From Psilocybe cubensis (taxonomy: Eukaryota), in contig CM039003.1 of NCBI GenBank assembly GCA_017499595.2, positions 992,001 through 1,056,000 of the forward strand: DNA of 64,000 nucleotides. The letters are read 5' to 3'. A program made the translations under genes and the position numbers. The notes under the pieces were generated by a model. It saw only the letters and a program-made list of their open reading frames with translations. It had not been told where the DNA came from and ran no database searches. Shown here piece by piece: positions 26,462 to 38,330 of this stretch (its first letter is position 1; each line of letters opens with the position of its first letter).

Positions 26462-27365
26462 CTATGTACTACTATCTAGGTTTCGCTTTGCAAACATTTT
26501 CATCGCTTTTTTGATGCTCCCTACTCCCTCAACCAATGTCTTGTAAAGCGAAATATCTTGCGCATGAACTTCAAAACCTGCTGCAGTGACAGACAAGGGT
26601 TTATGATAGAGGAGGGTGAGTACCTTACAGGAAGGCAGGTGTGCAAATTCAGATACATTGAGCAAGGCAGTTTTGGTGGGTCTTGCAGTGAAGTAGAGGC
26701 CATGACTGTGCTCGAAGACTTGAAAAGATGCTTTTGAAAGGGCACAGACATTGGTAGTAGTCGCAACCGGCTGGTTTCGTGAGTGCTTTCCGTTTGTTTT
26801 CTCACTCAAAGCAATGACTAAAGTACGGCGTGATCATTAGTCACTACATCGAAACAGCTCCAACTGATAGTCCACTTTACCTTTGCCAATCTGAATCCTA
26901 TCATCAAGAAAAAGGAAGACAAAATCGCCTTCGGCAAGAGGGCGGTTGATTGTAACACGAGCCGCCGAAAGAAAATCAAGTGCCGGAACCTTTGAGGTAC
27001 GAAATATCTTCTGTCTTCTTTGTGCGTCCTGTTCGTCGTTGACTCTTTAGCAAGTGTGGATTTACACAAAGATAAATAGTATACCTTTATGGCTTGAGAA
27101 GTCGCAACAGCGACGGCATTTGCAGAATTACCTGCCAGTACATCCTCTCTACCTGTCTGTCCGCCCTTTGCTGCTTGTTCCCAACGTGCTTTTCGGATAG
27201 CACCGGTGCCGATTGCTCTGTCCTCTTGTGATTCCTTCAACGCCTGGTGGAAGCGATGAATTAATTGGCCCTTAAGTGTTGATTTCTTCTTGGTTTGGTC
27301 AACCGAGTCACCATCTTGGACTTTCCGAACACCCTTCTTTGCTTGCTTGGTCTCGTGTTTAGCCA
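26462..27365 (-). pseudogene. 5'-truncated, spliced 3' part of a large element-encoded gene (possibly the C-terminus of the parental transposase)
   Basis: Three exons join in frame through GT-AG introns 27084-27029 and 26880-26818: KHETKQAKKGVR..GTGAIRKARW..AGNSANA..|DAQRRQKIF..|VIALSEK..FQVFEH..FAHLPS. No catalytic DDE region visible. Confidence 0.55.
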
Positions 27366-27373
27366 AATCGTAC

Positions 27374-28041
27374 ATGGACATGGGACACGACACAGACGCC
27401 AAATCCGGGAAATACGACAGGGCCATTGCAAGGCGTAACGCGCTCATGAACGACCCCATGGCGAAATCGGTCTCTGCCTACGCGGTGGAGTGTAAGAAGT
27501 GCAACAAAATTGTGCAGCTGTCGAAGAAATGGACCTTCGACCCTCAACATTGGCAACGGCATCTCAAGAGATGTGACTTTACGAGATACACGAAAGACCA
27601 CAAGTTAGGTGTAATGCTGGGTTAACTACACCTTGTTCACACTAACAGACCGTATGTAGATCCGTTCAAAAATCCCAATCCCCAGACGAAAGAATATTGC
27701 TTACAATAGTCGAGGAAAACCGTCCCCGTCAATCACAGAACCAGGACCCCTACCCCCGAGCAGTATCTCAGCTCAAGCGACAGCCTCATCGACGTCGTCG
27801 GCAATGCGAGAGCCCTCTGAGTCACCGTCTACAAGACTACGAGGTAGCAAAGTTGACAGTGAGTCTACCCAACCTAGTTTCATACACCACGAATTCAAAT
27901 TATATGGTAAATATAGATATTCCAAATTTGATGAAGCAGTATATTCAACGTTGTCATCCTGATGTTAACACCCAGCCTCCTTCCTGGGATCCCGAAAGAT
28001 GGGATTGGAGCACTTTGAAGCATCCTAGATTCGACAGTTGA
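27374..28041 (+). CDS. Small Zn-finger-like protein (CxxC...W..HxxxC) carried inside the transposon, 3 exons
   Basis: MDMGHD..DPMAKSVSAYAVECKKCNKIVQLSKKWTFDPQHWQRHLKRC. Introns 27611-27659 (branch cactaac) and 27859-27916 keep an open frame to ...WDPERWDWSTLKHPRFDS*. Confidence 0.65.
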
Positions 28042-28954
28042 ATCATCGTATCGCCAACTTAACCATACTTATTATGTAAAGTCATAAAATATATAATCTT
28101 AAAATGTACAGCGCAAAAGGGCATCAAGGACTCGTATCGCCGTGCGAAGCAACGGCCCTCAACTCAAGTTGTTATTAAGAGAAAAATAAAAAAGTTTCAA
28201 CGAGACTTGAAGTACCATCATATTACTGAATCGAAGAGGAGAAACTAACCACACTGCTTACCTCTACACTATCGTTCGGTTGACAAGTTTTGTCATTTGT
28301 TTTATCTGATATTTTGTCCGGTTTTAGGAAGAACCTCGGCGGTCCTGCAACTTTTCTGTCCGGATTTTTGGAACGACATTTTGCTCAAAATCTGTGATTT
28401 CTGTCCGGTTTCGGAACGTCCGAAGGGGTCGATTTTCAAAATTTTTGTCCGTCCGACGGAACGTCCTCTGGGCCTATTGTCAGGGGTCCTGGCTTGGTGA
28501 TACAGATTTATTTGCCTTGCCGAGCAGATTTACTGGAGAAAATTGGGCGCCATCTTTTCGCTAGTTTCCAATGTGGCCGATCCTTCCATGGCAAGATATT
28601 GAGAAACGAAGATGAGTTGTCTATGATGGACACTCTGGGCGCTTTCCAAATTTGCCAATGACAGGCGCTTACTCTGTTCGACGAGCGCTCATTATGCCTA
28701 TGTCACCGCGCCTAATGCGTACACTCAGACAATGCCTTAACTTGATTCTTCAGAATCCCTCCGAATTCGCACAGTCACGGTCCATGTGACCCCATAACAT
28801 ATCGTACATGGAATCTTTCTGACGAATGCGGTAATATGACGAATTCGTTGCATCAAGTACAGTAAGCAACAGTCTGGAAATACAGGTTGCCTCCTAACCC
28901 ACCGTTTATTTCTCACCCACGCAGACCAGCTACAGCAGCTACATTCATACAAAC

Positions 28955-30475
28955 ATGCGAGCAATTCTTGTAAAAGGCGGGCAAGGAACGGCCGATAGCC
29001 TCTACATTGGAGATGCACCTACACCAACTCCTCGTCCGACAGAAGTCATAGTCCAGGTACGTATACAACCGGCACACGGCACACGCTATGCGGTAGCTAA
29101 TGCAAAATAATGATCCAGATCAAGGCATTTGGATTGAATCGAATGGATATTTCCCAAAGAGAGGGAAAGTATCCACCTCCTCCAGGGTCATCGAATATCC
29201 TGGGAGTTGAGTTCTCTGGAATCATCAGTCAACTAGGTTCAGATGTGTCAACTTGGAAGATTGGTGATGAAGTTCTTGGACTTGCGGGTGGGGTGAGTTA
29301 TCCGATACTCGATCATAAAGATCTTAATATATACAGGAGCCATGGCATATCTGAACATTTGTTGTGATATCAGGGAGCATACGCGGAGTTTATAGCCGTC
29401 AATGAGACGCACATCATCCCGAAGCCTGCACATTTGACATGGACTGAGGCAGCTAGTATTCCTGAAGTCTTCTTGACGGGTAATGCGGTCTTTAAATGAC
29501 CTATAATATTATCATCATCATTACCATAGGCTAACGGCTGACCGATGATCTTTTCAGCCTTCCAAGCCTTAGTCGTGATCGGACAAGTCAAACAAAATGA
29601 CAATGTTCTCGTACATGCAGGCGCTTCAGGTGTGGGTGTATCCGCAATTCAGTTGGCCCGAGTATATGGCGCGTGAGTCTCCGACTACACTTTCATTCAA
29701 TCGTTGGAACTATAATGCAATGCCGACAGACGCACTGTTACCGCGACGACATCAACCCAAGAAAAGATTGACTGGCTTTTGAACCTTCCAAACGGCGCAA
29801 CGCACGCGGCCAACTACAAAACCGAGGATTTCGCCGCAGTGGTGAAAGAGGTCACTGAAAATAAAGGGGCTAATGTCGTCATCGATTTCGTTGGGCGAAC
29901 CCACTTCAATAAAAACATTGAAGCGATGGCTATTGATGGTAGAATGACCATGTTGGCTTTGTTAAGCGGTGTGTTATAAGCTATGCGGCGCTGAAATGAA
30001 CTTAACGGTGATATTGAAATTAGGAACTGTCGTCGAGTCGGTCAATCTCGCTCCAATCCTTTACAAGAGACTTCATATAGAAGGATCGACGCTGCGTTCG
30101 CGTTCACTCGAATATCAGAGAGATTTGATCGCAAAGTACGGTCATGTTATTAAATATTCGAAATAGATTTTTGACAACTGAATCTGCTCAGGTTCTACAA
30201 AGAAGTCTTCCCCAAGATTACCGGGGAGTCTGGGGCTGGGCCTATTCGGACATACATTCACAAGGCAAACATGTCTTCAACTTGCCAGTTTATTTCTGTA
30301 TGCTTATACTTGTTGTGCGCGTATTCGATAGGTGTATCCATGGACTGAAATTCAGGCCGCACATCGGGAGATGGAGGCGAACAGTAACAGGTTCGTCGAT
30401 GTGATCTATCATGAAGCGGAAAATGCATGTCTAACCCGATGAATTAGTGGTAAAATCATTGTAGAGGTAGTGTAG
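28955..30475 (+). CDS. NADPH:quinone oxidoreductase, PIG3/zeta-crystallin type (MDR superfamily), multi-exon
   Basis: MRAILVKGG..., IKAFGLNRMDISQREGKYPPPPG..ILGVEFSG, AASIPEVFLT, VLVHAGASGVGVSAIQLA, GSTLRSRS, and a C-terminal GKIIVEVV*. Confidence 0.92.
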
Positions 30476-32899
30476 TCGGCTTGGCCGAATAATGATATAT
30501 CTCAAGACAAACAATTAAACAAACTTGTTTATCGAGCTGCGGCACTGGCTTCCCTTGCAATTCAAGAGACACCGGGTGATAATTAGCTATCTATCACACA
30601 ATCTGACAGATTCAAACAAGCATAAGTGGTTCAAGCGGCAGTAGCAAGTGATCATAATTTACTTGTAATTAAAATATTCTATCACATCAAGGGCAGTAGT
30701 TTGCATCATTCACGGTCAAAAATCTGCCAACCTTTACCAATGATTCATGAAGACCTACATATGTCAGTTTGAATGTCAATATAGCTTTGATAACCATCGT
30801 TATTCATTCATTCTTGATATCGTGGGGCGCCGTGCCAGTGAACAGTGGGTCTATATCAGTCTGCTTTCGGAATTCATGCGGACACATTGATAGGCCGTGG
30901 TTACAGAATGAAACAACTCGCATGGGCGCGAAACAGACCCAATTTAAAAGATACGCACGCATCGACGCGAGCGGATAAGAGCACGGATTCGCGGTGTGTA
31001 GGATCAAAGTGCAGAATGACCTATTCAATCGTCTAGCCTTTTGATCATGATCGACTGAAATGATCCTCAAATGATTTGGTGCCTGGCGTATGGGCCCAGC
31101 TCCTCAATTTCTCACTCTTCTCCATACACGGTAAGTCTTTAACCAGAGCAAGTTGTGACATGGTCGCTAGTGAACGTCCTTACACATTGACATTGAGCAG
31201 GAAGGCGTTATCACCGCGGGTTACTACCACGACAGCGGAATACCAAGCGGGTAATTTAACTTACCAAGGCCCAAAGTCGCTTATCTCCGTCTTTGATGAA
31301 TCAAAGATTTGACGCCTCGATGTTTGTGAGAGCTTGGCACAGTAGACACCTGTTGACCAAGTATCGACCACGTCATACCTTCAACGTTGCCCTGACCTCC
31401 TGGTAATTACATTGTAATAATAACGCACCGCAGTATTCCAGTGAGATATGATGATTGTTTGAGCCACCTCTTGATGCTCATGATCATTCTCCGAGCCGCA
31501 GGCTTATGAGTACTCACGGCCCCGGCATTGCGTTTCATCGCAGTTATGTTCAACTTTTTCTATTTGTTTCGCGATATTATCAGTAGAGGTAGCCGCAGAG
31601 GCAGTTTTATACATACCGATGCATTATGAAGAGCTTAAAGTTCACTCACCGATCGAAGATTGCTCACAGGCCGCTATCATTTCTATATGGAGCCTTTTAC
31701 TCTGCTTCGAGCGGGCAAACACGGTGGGTAACTGTATAAATGCGGTTAGGATGAATAATGAAAAGGAAGTGTAGGCGTTTGAATCCATTAAGTATACAAC
31801 GAGCAGGATCTGCCGCCGTTAGTTCACTTTTAATAACAAGTGAAATGAATTTCAAGCTATTGAAAAAACGCAAATCCGGAAAATTTTTGTCCGGAGAGGG
31901 TTCACCATCAATAAGATTTGTCTGTACCTGTATTGACCGCTCCCGTATATCTTTCTATATCCCCCTGACTCATTCTACTGCGCGTCTTGATATGATCTAT
32001 AAAGGGACATCAAGTTGTATGAGCGCCAACTGTTTTGGACTTTTAGGCGTGTTTAAATTTATGGTATGATAACTAACATTTTGATATTGATTTTTAATTT
32101 CTCAAAACATAAATAAGGCTAAGGTTTAGAGTAGCCTTCCCAATCCCGTTATTTCAGGGTTCATTTATCACGACGTCCAAAATACACCTTCGGTCTACAA
32201 TGAGAGATGGGCCTGATCCAAAAATAGTCTCCACGCGAGCCCTGTGACGAAACAGGTTGAAAACATGGAAAGTTTTATGTCTAGCCATGATCGTGGCTAC
32301 GGACCTTCTTCTCTATGCGGCCACGTTATATGTATAGACTATGTCATTCCACGGTTTCAGAGTTCTGATGCCTCAAGGCAATTCTAATCTTTCCTGTTGT
32401 GGAAAAGGACAATCGTTCTAAAAATAGACGCTTCTTTCGGTATCGTTTCTGCCTTCCAACTTGATCAAGGCCCATCGTCCATCTTTCCATTGGCTTCTCA
32501 GCGTGCTTCTCGCATAAAGTGCTCGGATGAGTGATCCTGAGTATTTGAGAGCAAGTGCTGTATTTTGGTATCCCGATTCCTGGATAATCGCAATGCATTT
32601 CATCATTTAGTAGCTCGCTCGAGCGTCCGAGTCCGAGTCCGCGGCTTGATTGCTCAGGATATGGATCCTAGACGCAGTTTTGAAACCTTCTATCTCACTG
32701 ACACTCATACTCAGGCAAAATACATGACGGCCGCACACGGGATTTGATATTTGACCTTAATAGTCATTCGAAACGGATACTCAAAAAGCTTCTTTTTTGG
32801 CTGAAAGCTTCATCCAAACATAAGATATTCCATGAAGAGTGTTACATTTATCATTAAATCTACGTTTCCTGGTCTCTGTCTTTACTGACTACTTCTGGC

Positions 32900-33240
32900 T
32901 CCTGGGTATCCTGGGTAAATCCCCACCACAAGTAAGCAACATCTTCACCTTCGGCCCGCCAATAGTGCTTACCCCACACAAGCCACTAGAACTTTGGGGA
33001 TTTTTCATTGATCATCATCTGTCAGACCATATGCTACTAGTACGGAAAGAAAATGTGCGTGGTTTTGTACGCGACAAACTGTTACTTGTTCAGAAACGAA
33101 GATTATCACTCGACCCATCCGGTCACATAGGGGAAAACGGCCCGCAAACCCAAAGATACCTGCGTGGTTGATTATTCCAGTCACTGAATCCACGCAAATG
33201 CCTCATGTTGGGAGCGTTTAAGAAAAGCCCAGAAGTGCAC
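32900..33240 (+). mobile_element. Possible degenerate non-LTR retrotransposon (LINE) fragment
   Basis: Translated pieces LELWGFFIDHHLS and GAFKKSP resemble the LINE RT C-terminal motifs YLGxxxDxxLS and GAFRTSP. Frames are broken and boundaries are approximate. Confidence 0.3.
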
Positions 33241-35209
33241 GAGACTGCTCTCAGAAAATGCGCTCTTGCCGGTGAGAAATTCTAGGGTGGAAAATTACAG
33301 TGAAAGCCGTACCACTCGTTGCAGAAAACATGAGGTCCGTACCTCATCGGTCCGGAGGAGAATCAACAGCGGTACCAAGAGCGTACAACGCATACAGGTC
33401 CGACGTGAGGTTGGAAACGGTTTGAGCCTTGAAATCTGGACGCTAATTCTCAAGCAAAAAATCTTTTCAGTGTAGTGTTGCACAGCGAATGCCGAAAATC
33501 ATCTCGAAGTTGATGATCATCGCAACTGACCATCGATCCCAGTAGTAGTGCATGGCAAGTCTCACAGCGAGGTGAGGTGGCCCTTGGTAAACCCAGGATT
33601 TGTATTTGTGGTTGCGCTTGGGATGTAACGTCATCGGCTTGTTGATGTTTTGTTGGCATAGAACTTTGTCTCATTCACCGAACGGTGCGGGGTTTGAAGT
33701 AGCAGTACCCAACAGCCATCGGAAGAACCAGATAATCAACAATTGGAAAAGACAAGAGTTTGTCAGTCCCGATTCTTCTTCATACAATTATCAAAAGTTG
33801 GAGACTCCTTTAACTCGGACTGACCCAAAGAGAGGGAAAGAGGCTGCAGACGAATGACAGCTGGACATCATCAGAAAGGTGAACGTACACGACAGGTGGG
33901 AAAGGCATGAGAGAGTGATTGCTCGTAATTTCTCTTCGTATCTCTCCAACTGCAAAGCCCACAATAGAAGGATTCACATTAAAAAAATATTTTGACTGCG
34001 CTTTGTTGAGGTTGTAGATCCAATAGGTAAAATGACACAATTCGGGCATATCTAAATCTAATAATCAAATATCGGAGGCGGGACAAGCCGCGGCCGGTGG
34101 TTATGACTCAGAGATGGGCGCACCTACAACTCAGGCTTATCTGACGCTTTCAAGCTGAACAAATACTGTGTATTTTGGGCCGCTCGCACGCTCGCAAGCC
34201 TAGGTAGGGTCGTTTTCGGAGGTATCGAGAGAGGTATGGAGATGCGTACTCGGGAGGCGCACTGCATTTCCTGGACTGGATTCGAAAAAATATTTGTCAC
34301 CGACAGAGATACGTGTAGACATTGGGGACACTATGGCAGAAATTCGACGGAGAACAGAGACAGGTGCTAGCCATATTTTAGATATATCATCCAGGTTGAC
34401 AATAACAACAGAAAGGAATATACACGCGATATGCGGGCCAACGAGTTGAAAGCAGTGCAAAGGTATTCGAATTCTGGGCTTCCATCCATGTTGAGATGGG
34501 TGTTTAGCGACGGCACCGTACTTGGGCCGACTATCTGATGGTGGTGGTACTGGTCAGCGGCTAATGAAGGCTTAGGTATCATCTGGAAAAGAAAAAGTGT
34601 ATATGTTTTCGAGTCATTCCGTGGCTGACGGTGATGGTCAGGTGCTTGAGTGCAGCAGCAAAGTGGAAGAGGAAGGCTGTGCAGAAGGTGGGCTGAAAGG
34701 TGCCTGTACAGAATTGGCTGAGATAAGTCACCGACTGTTAGGAACATGCGGGATTGCTGACAAGAGCCAGAATGGTTGGACATGAGAGGATCCAAACTAG
34801 GCCAACAGGATCACCAAATCGGCAGCGAAAGTGGTTACTCCATATTTCCACAGCATGAAACCCTGCAAATTGGGCTGATCTTCCCCTTGTTTGGGCGTCG
34901 AGTCGTTGCCGCAATCACTATCAAGATCTAATTCTCTCACCGTCAACTCTACCTCCCCCGTGTGAATTATCTTTACCCTTACGCCTCGAACGGGCCCCAT
35001 CCCAAATTCGAGTCAATTATGGCTATTTCATTCCTTATACTGAAACTGCGGCCCAGGTTTCTTATAAAAGGAACTCCGAACTTCGCTATGACTCCTCATT
35101 CAATTCATATCTCAAAGCATTCACCAGCTGTTGAGCTTTCTTCACAGCTCTCTCCAACATACCAACCAACTACCACACCACCACCTCCTCCCCCACCTTT
35201 ACCACCACA

Positions 35210-35308
35210 ATGAGCGGTCAACCCAACAACGGCTCTGGCAAACCCAACTCTGGCTCTGGCTCAGGAGTTAAAGGAGGTGCTTCATCCACTGGCCCCGTCT
35301 TCTTCTAA
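35210..35308 (+). CDS. Candidate 32-aa Gly/Ser-rich micropeptide MSGQPNNGSGKPNSGSGSGVKGGASSTGPVFF
   Basis: TATA-like cttataaaag near 35061-35070, a C/A-rich leader, good start context (cacaATG), and C/T-ending codon bias. Below the ORF-track length cutoff. Confidence 0.45.
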   Translation: MSGQPNNGSGKPNSGSGSGVKGGASSTGPVFF

Positions 35309-36577
35309 ACACGTCGTCGGCCAATATTTATCATCGCTTGCACGCGACGAACGCGACTATCATCTACCACAACCAATCAAACACGCAGCACACACCATTT
35401 CTACCCATGTGTCGCCACTTTTCCATCATCTACCGACGCACCTTGCTACGCGTGCGTCGTCACAAACCACCACTTATTTATTCGCCCGCTACGGGCATCA
35501 CATATTAATCGGCGGCTTCGCGTGTCGAAGCCTAATATCTGGAGGGGAGAACGACGAGAGGAGAGTTATCCACAGAAAGGACTCATAGACAACACGCTTC
35601 GCACCCACCTCACTTCCACGTCTCGCATTTTCGCATCTTCGCATCCAACACCATGTAGCAATACTGTCCAGCTTTTCGACCTTCCGCATCACATCATTTT
35701 TTATTATCTGCAACACACTGTTTTTATACACACTATCTATTCGTTCTAGCTATCCTACCCCCATTGCACGACCTTAATATCTGTTGTAGTCCTTATTCTT
35801 AACCCTATGTATTACCACGTTCATCCCAATATTATATCGGCATCCTATGAATTTTGCTATGGTACCATTTTGATGACAGCAACGGAACAGCGGCTCAACT
35901 CAATGTCTTGCGTCATAATTACTTTCAATGCTCATGAAGCAACGATAGAAACATTGCAACCTGGGGAAAATTTGTTCTAGATCTCATGCAATGAATTTTA
36001 CATTGCAGAGGCGGGACGAGGTCTCCGCAAAATCCGTAGCAACGTCCGAGCCCAGAGTAAGCCTAGTCTAATTGGAAGGGCATTGAGTCGAGGGATATCA
36101 AAATTGGTACTATGGCCACCAAAATGCCCAGATGGACAAAATATTTTTCAACTGCTATGCATCCAGTAGTTGAACATGCTTCACGACTCGCGTTAGACGC
36201 GATAGTTCACTGGTGAGCCAGCCGCCATCAATCCCTGAATCACGGAATCTAGTGATCGGAGTGTATTGAATTTGAATTGTGACTTCACAAAACCTCTTCA
36301 AGTTCAGGGCCGTGGTTTCTCCCCTCCGGATCGCGATTGAGGTCGATCATAAGCTCTGGAGTCTGAATCATATCAGGTAGAAACGCGACAAAACGACGAC
36401 TGCCATCCATCCCCGTATGCGGTATAGTACGGCCAGCGTCCGGACTACTGTCCCCGAATATGCAAAAAACTTTGGATATCCATCCGATCCAGTGTCCCTT
36501 TTATTCGTTGCTTCTACAGTTACAGTCTAAATATTACTTACTATATTGACGATCAGGCAAATCCACGGGGAAAGCAT

Positions 36578-37979
36578 TTAGAGCTTCCCTTTGATTCCCC
36601 CGACCCAAATTCCGGTTTTAATTTCTTTACGTGTTCGGGCATCCCACCACTGAAGAATAGCGTCAACTACATCGTCCTGCCGTCCTGTAAAGTTGTGGTC
36701 CGCATCTTCCATAAGATGCAGAGTATGTGTACCAGGACTTCGGTCGCTGAGCGCGGATGCATATATCATAGCGTCGTATCTATCAGGACATACATTTCAG
36801 CATTCCAATCAATCTTTTTCGGTGAAGAGCGAGAAGGAAATAGAACACATACGGAGGGACGGTTTTGTCTGATAACCCGTGTAGGGTCAGAACATCTGTG
36901 TGTTGGGGAAATTTATCCCAAACTAGGGATGTATCCCAACTCACGAACTCCTGGACATCTTCTGGTGTGATGGTGGCTACCACTGGCTTTCTGGCCACGG
37001 TGACATTCCATGTGTACGACCCGTGCTTCTCGAAATGTTCCTTCCAGACGGACCCGGCAGGCGATTCTGAATTTCAACAGGCGGGTAAGCAAAAAAATTT
37101 CCTCAACGTGAATTGAGTTTTTTTTGGAGAGGGGGTATTTATGCTCACCTAGAATTTTCTGTGACGAATGAAGCATGTCGTTAAGCTTCTAATTTCTGCA
37201 GAGAATGCGCAGAGGCGCACTGTACACGTACAGCCATTCTATAGCGACCCGAGGCGTTGACGAACGCCGGCACCTTTCGACCATCCTCCGTGGTAGAGAG
37301 CCATCGGAATGCGACGATCGAGCCGCGGGAGTGTCCCACGAGCAACTCCACCACGTACCCATACGTGACTTTGAGATAGTCCACGACCGCTTGAAGGTCC
37401 AAAATATCATCAGCAAGCGCCCCTTGCTTCCAGGTGCCACCTGTTTCATGATTGCCGCTGAGGATGAAACAATGCAGATCGACATCCCATTGCAAATGGA
37501 AATTAGATGGCAAACAAAACATATGAAAAAAAAAAAGTTGGAGCAAAGTGTTAGAATTTAACGGTCAGTAGGTATAACGTAATTGAAGGAATGATGAGGG
37601 GATTGTGGAAGAAAACTTACCGAAAATCGAATCGAAAAGAGTCAAAAGGTAGCCTTAAAGCAAGCCTTCTCTGAAAGAGATAATCTTTGTGTCTGCAAAG
37701 ATTCATCGCCTCAATTAAAGGTGCTCTATTGGGCGTCCTCGATCGTATAAGAAACGGAAATAGACCCACCCCATGGTTCCATGAAGAATCTAAAATTAGT
37801 TGAATTTTTGAGGTTTACGCCGAGTATCAGCTTGGTATCAACGAATGCAAACTCACCAAAGCTATCTTACGACCATGCGTCGACTCCGTCGGTGCTAATT
37901 GTTCCAAAACCCCGACCAGCTGAATCCCAGGTTCATGTGGGTGAGGGATATGCAACTTCGTCGAGGCGCGGTCTGTCAT
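36578..37979 (-). CDS. Alpha/beta-hydrolase esterase, multi-exon
   Basis: MTDRASTKLHIPHP.., microexon ILHGTMG, HKDYLFQRRLA..SFRFDF, nucleophile motif GHSRG, LTLHGLSDKTVP, DADHNF. Confidence 0.88.
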
Positions 37980-38330
37980 ATGCAAATAGATGTGGCCTTC
38001 TCGTGAGTTTTCGAAAGAATAATTCTAGGAGTTGGATTAAAGTGGGACAGTACAGCCTTGGCGTTATCTGTTGCACGACATTGAAAGACAATCCTTTTTG
38101 CCGCTGAAGGGTTTATATAGCCAACTAGCCGGCTTAATTGATTGCCGAATGCCGAACCACGTTCTATCGTCATTGGTGTACGCCATTTTGCACTGCTTGT
38201 GCATCCTAAATTATCGCTTTGCTACGAAAGTATATATAGGAGAGAAAAAAAGCACAGCATGGTAGGAGAAGCAATATGTGAAGAGATAATATTCGACAAA
38301 ATCGAAAGGCAAAGCATGAACACGAAGAAA

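Larger units (their letters stand above)
26136..28490. mobile_element. Non-autonomous DNA transposon, 2355 bp, perfect 33-bp TIRs, 8-bp TSD GGCTTGGT
   Basis: TIR aggacccctgacaataggcccagaggacgttcc at 26136-26168, reverse complement at 28458-28490. ggcttggt at 26128-26135 and 28491-28498. Repeated subterminal tgtccg motifs at both ends. Confidence 0.95.

Noticed and set aside
34200-35000. Minus-strand coding-like fragments; similar ones at 42326-42720 and 47119-48362
   Set aside because: Interrupted by stops and unassignable without a homology search.
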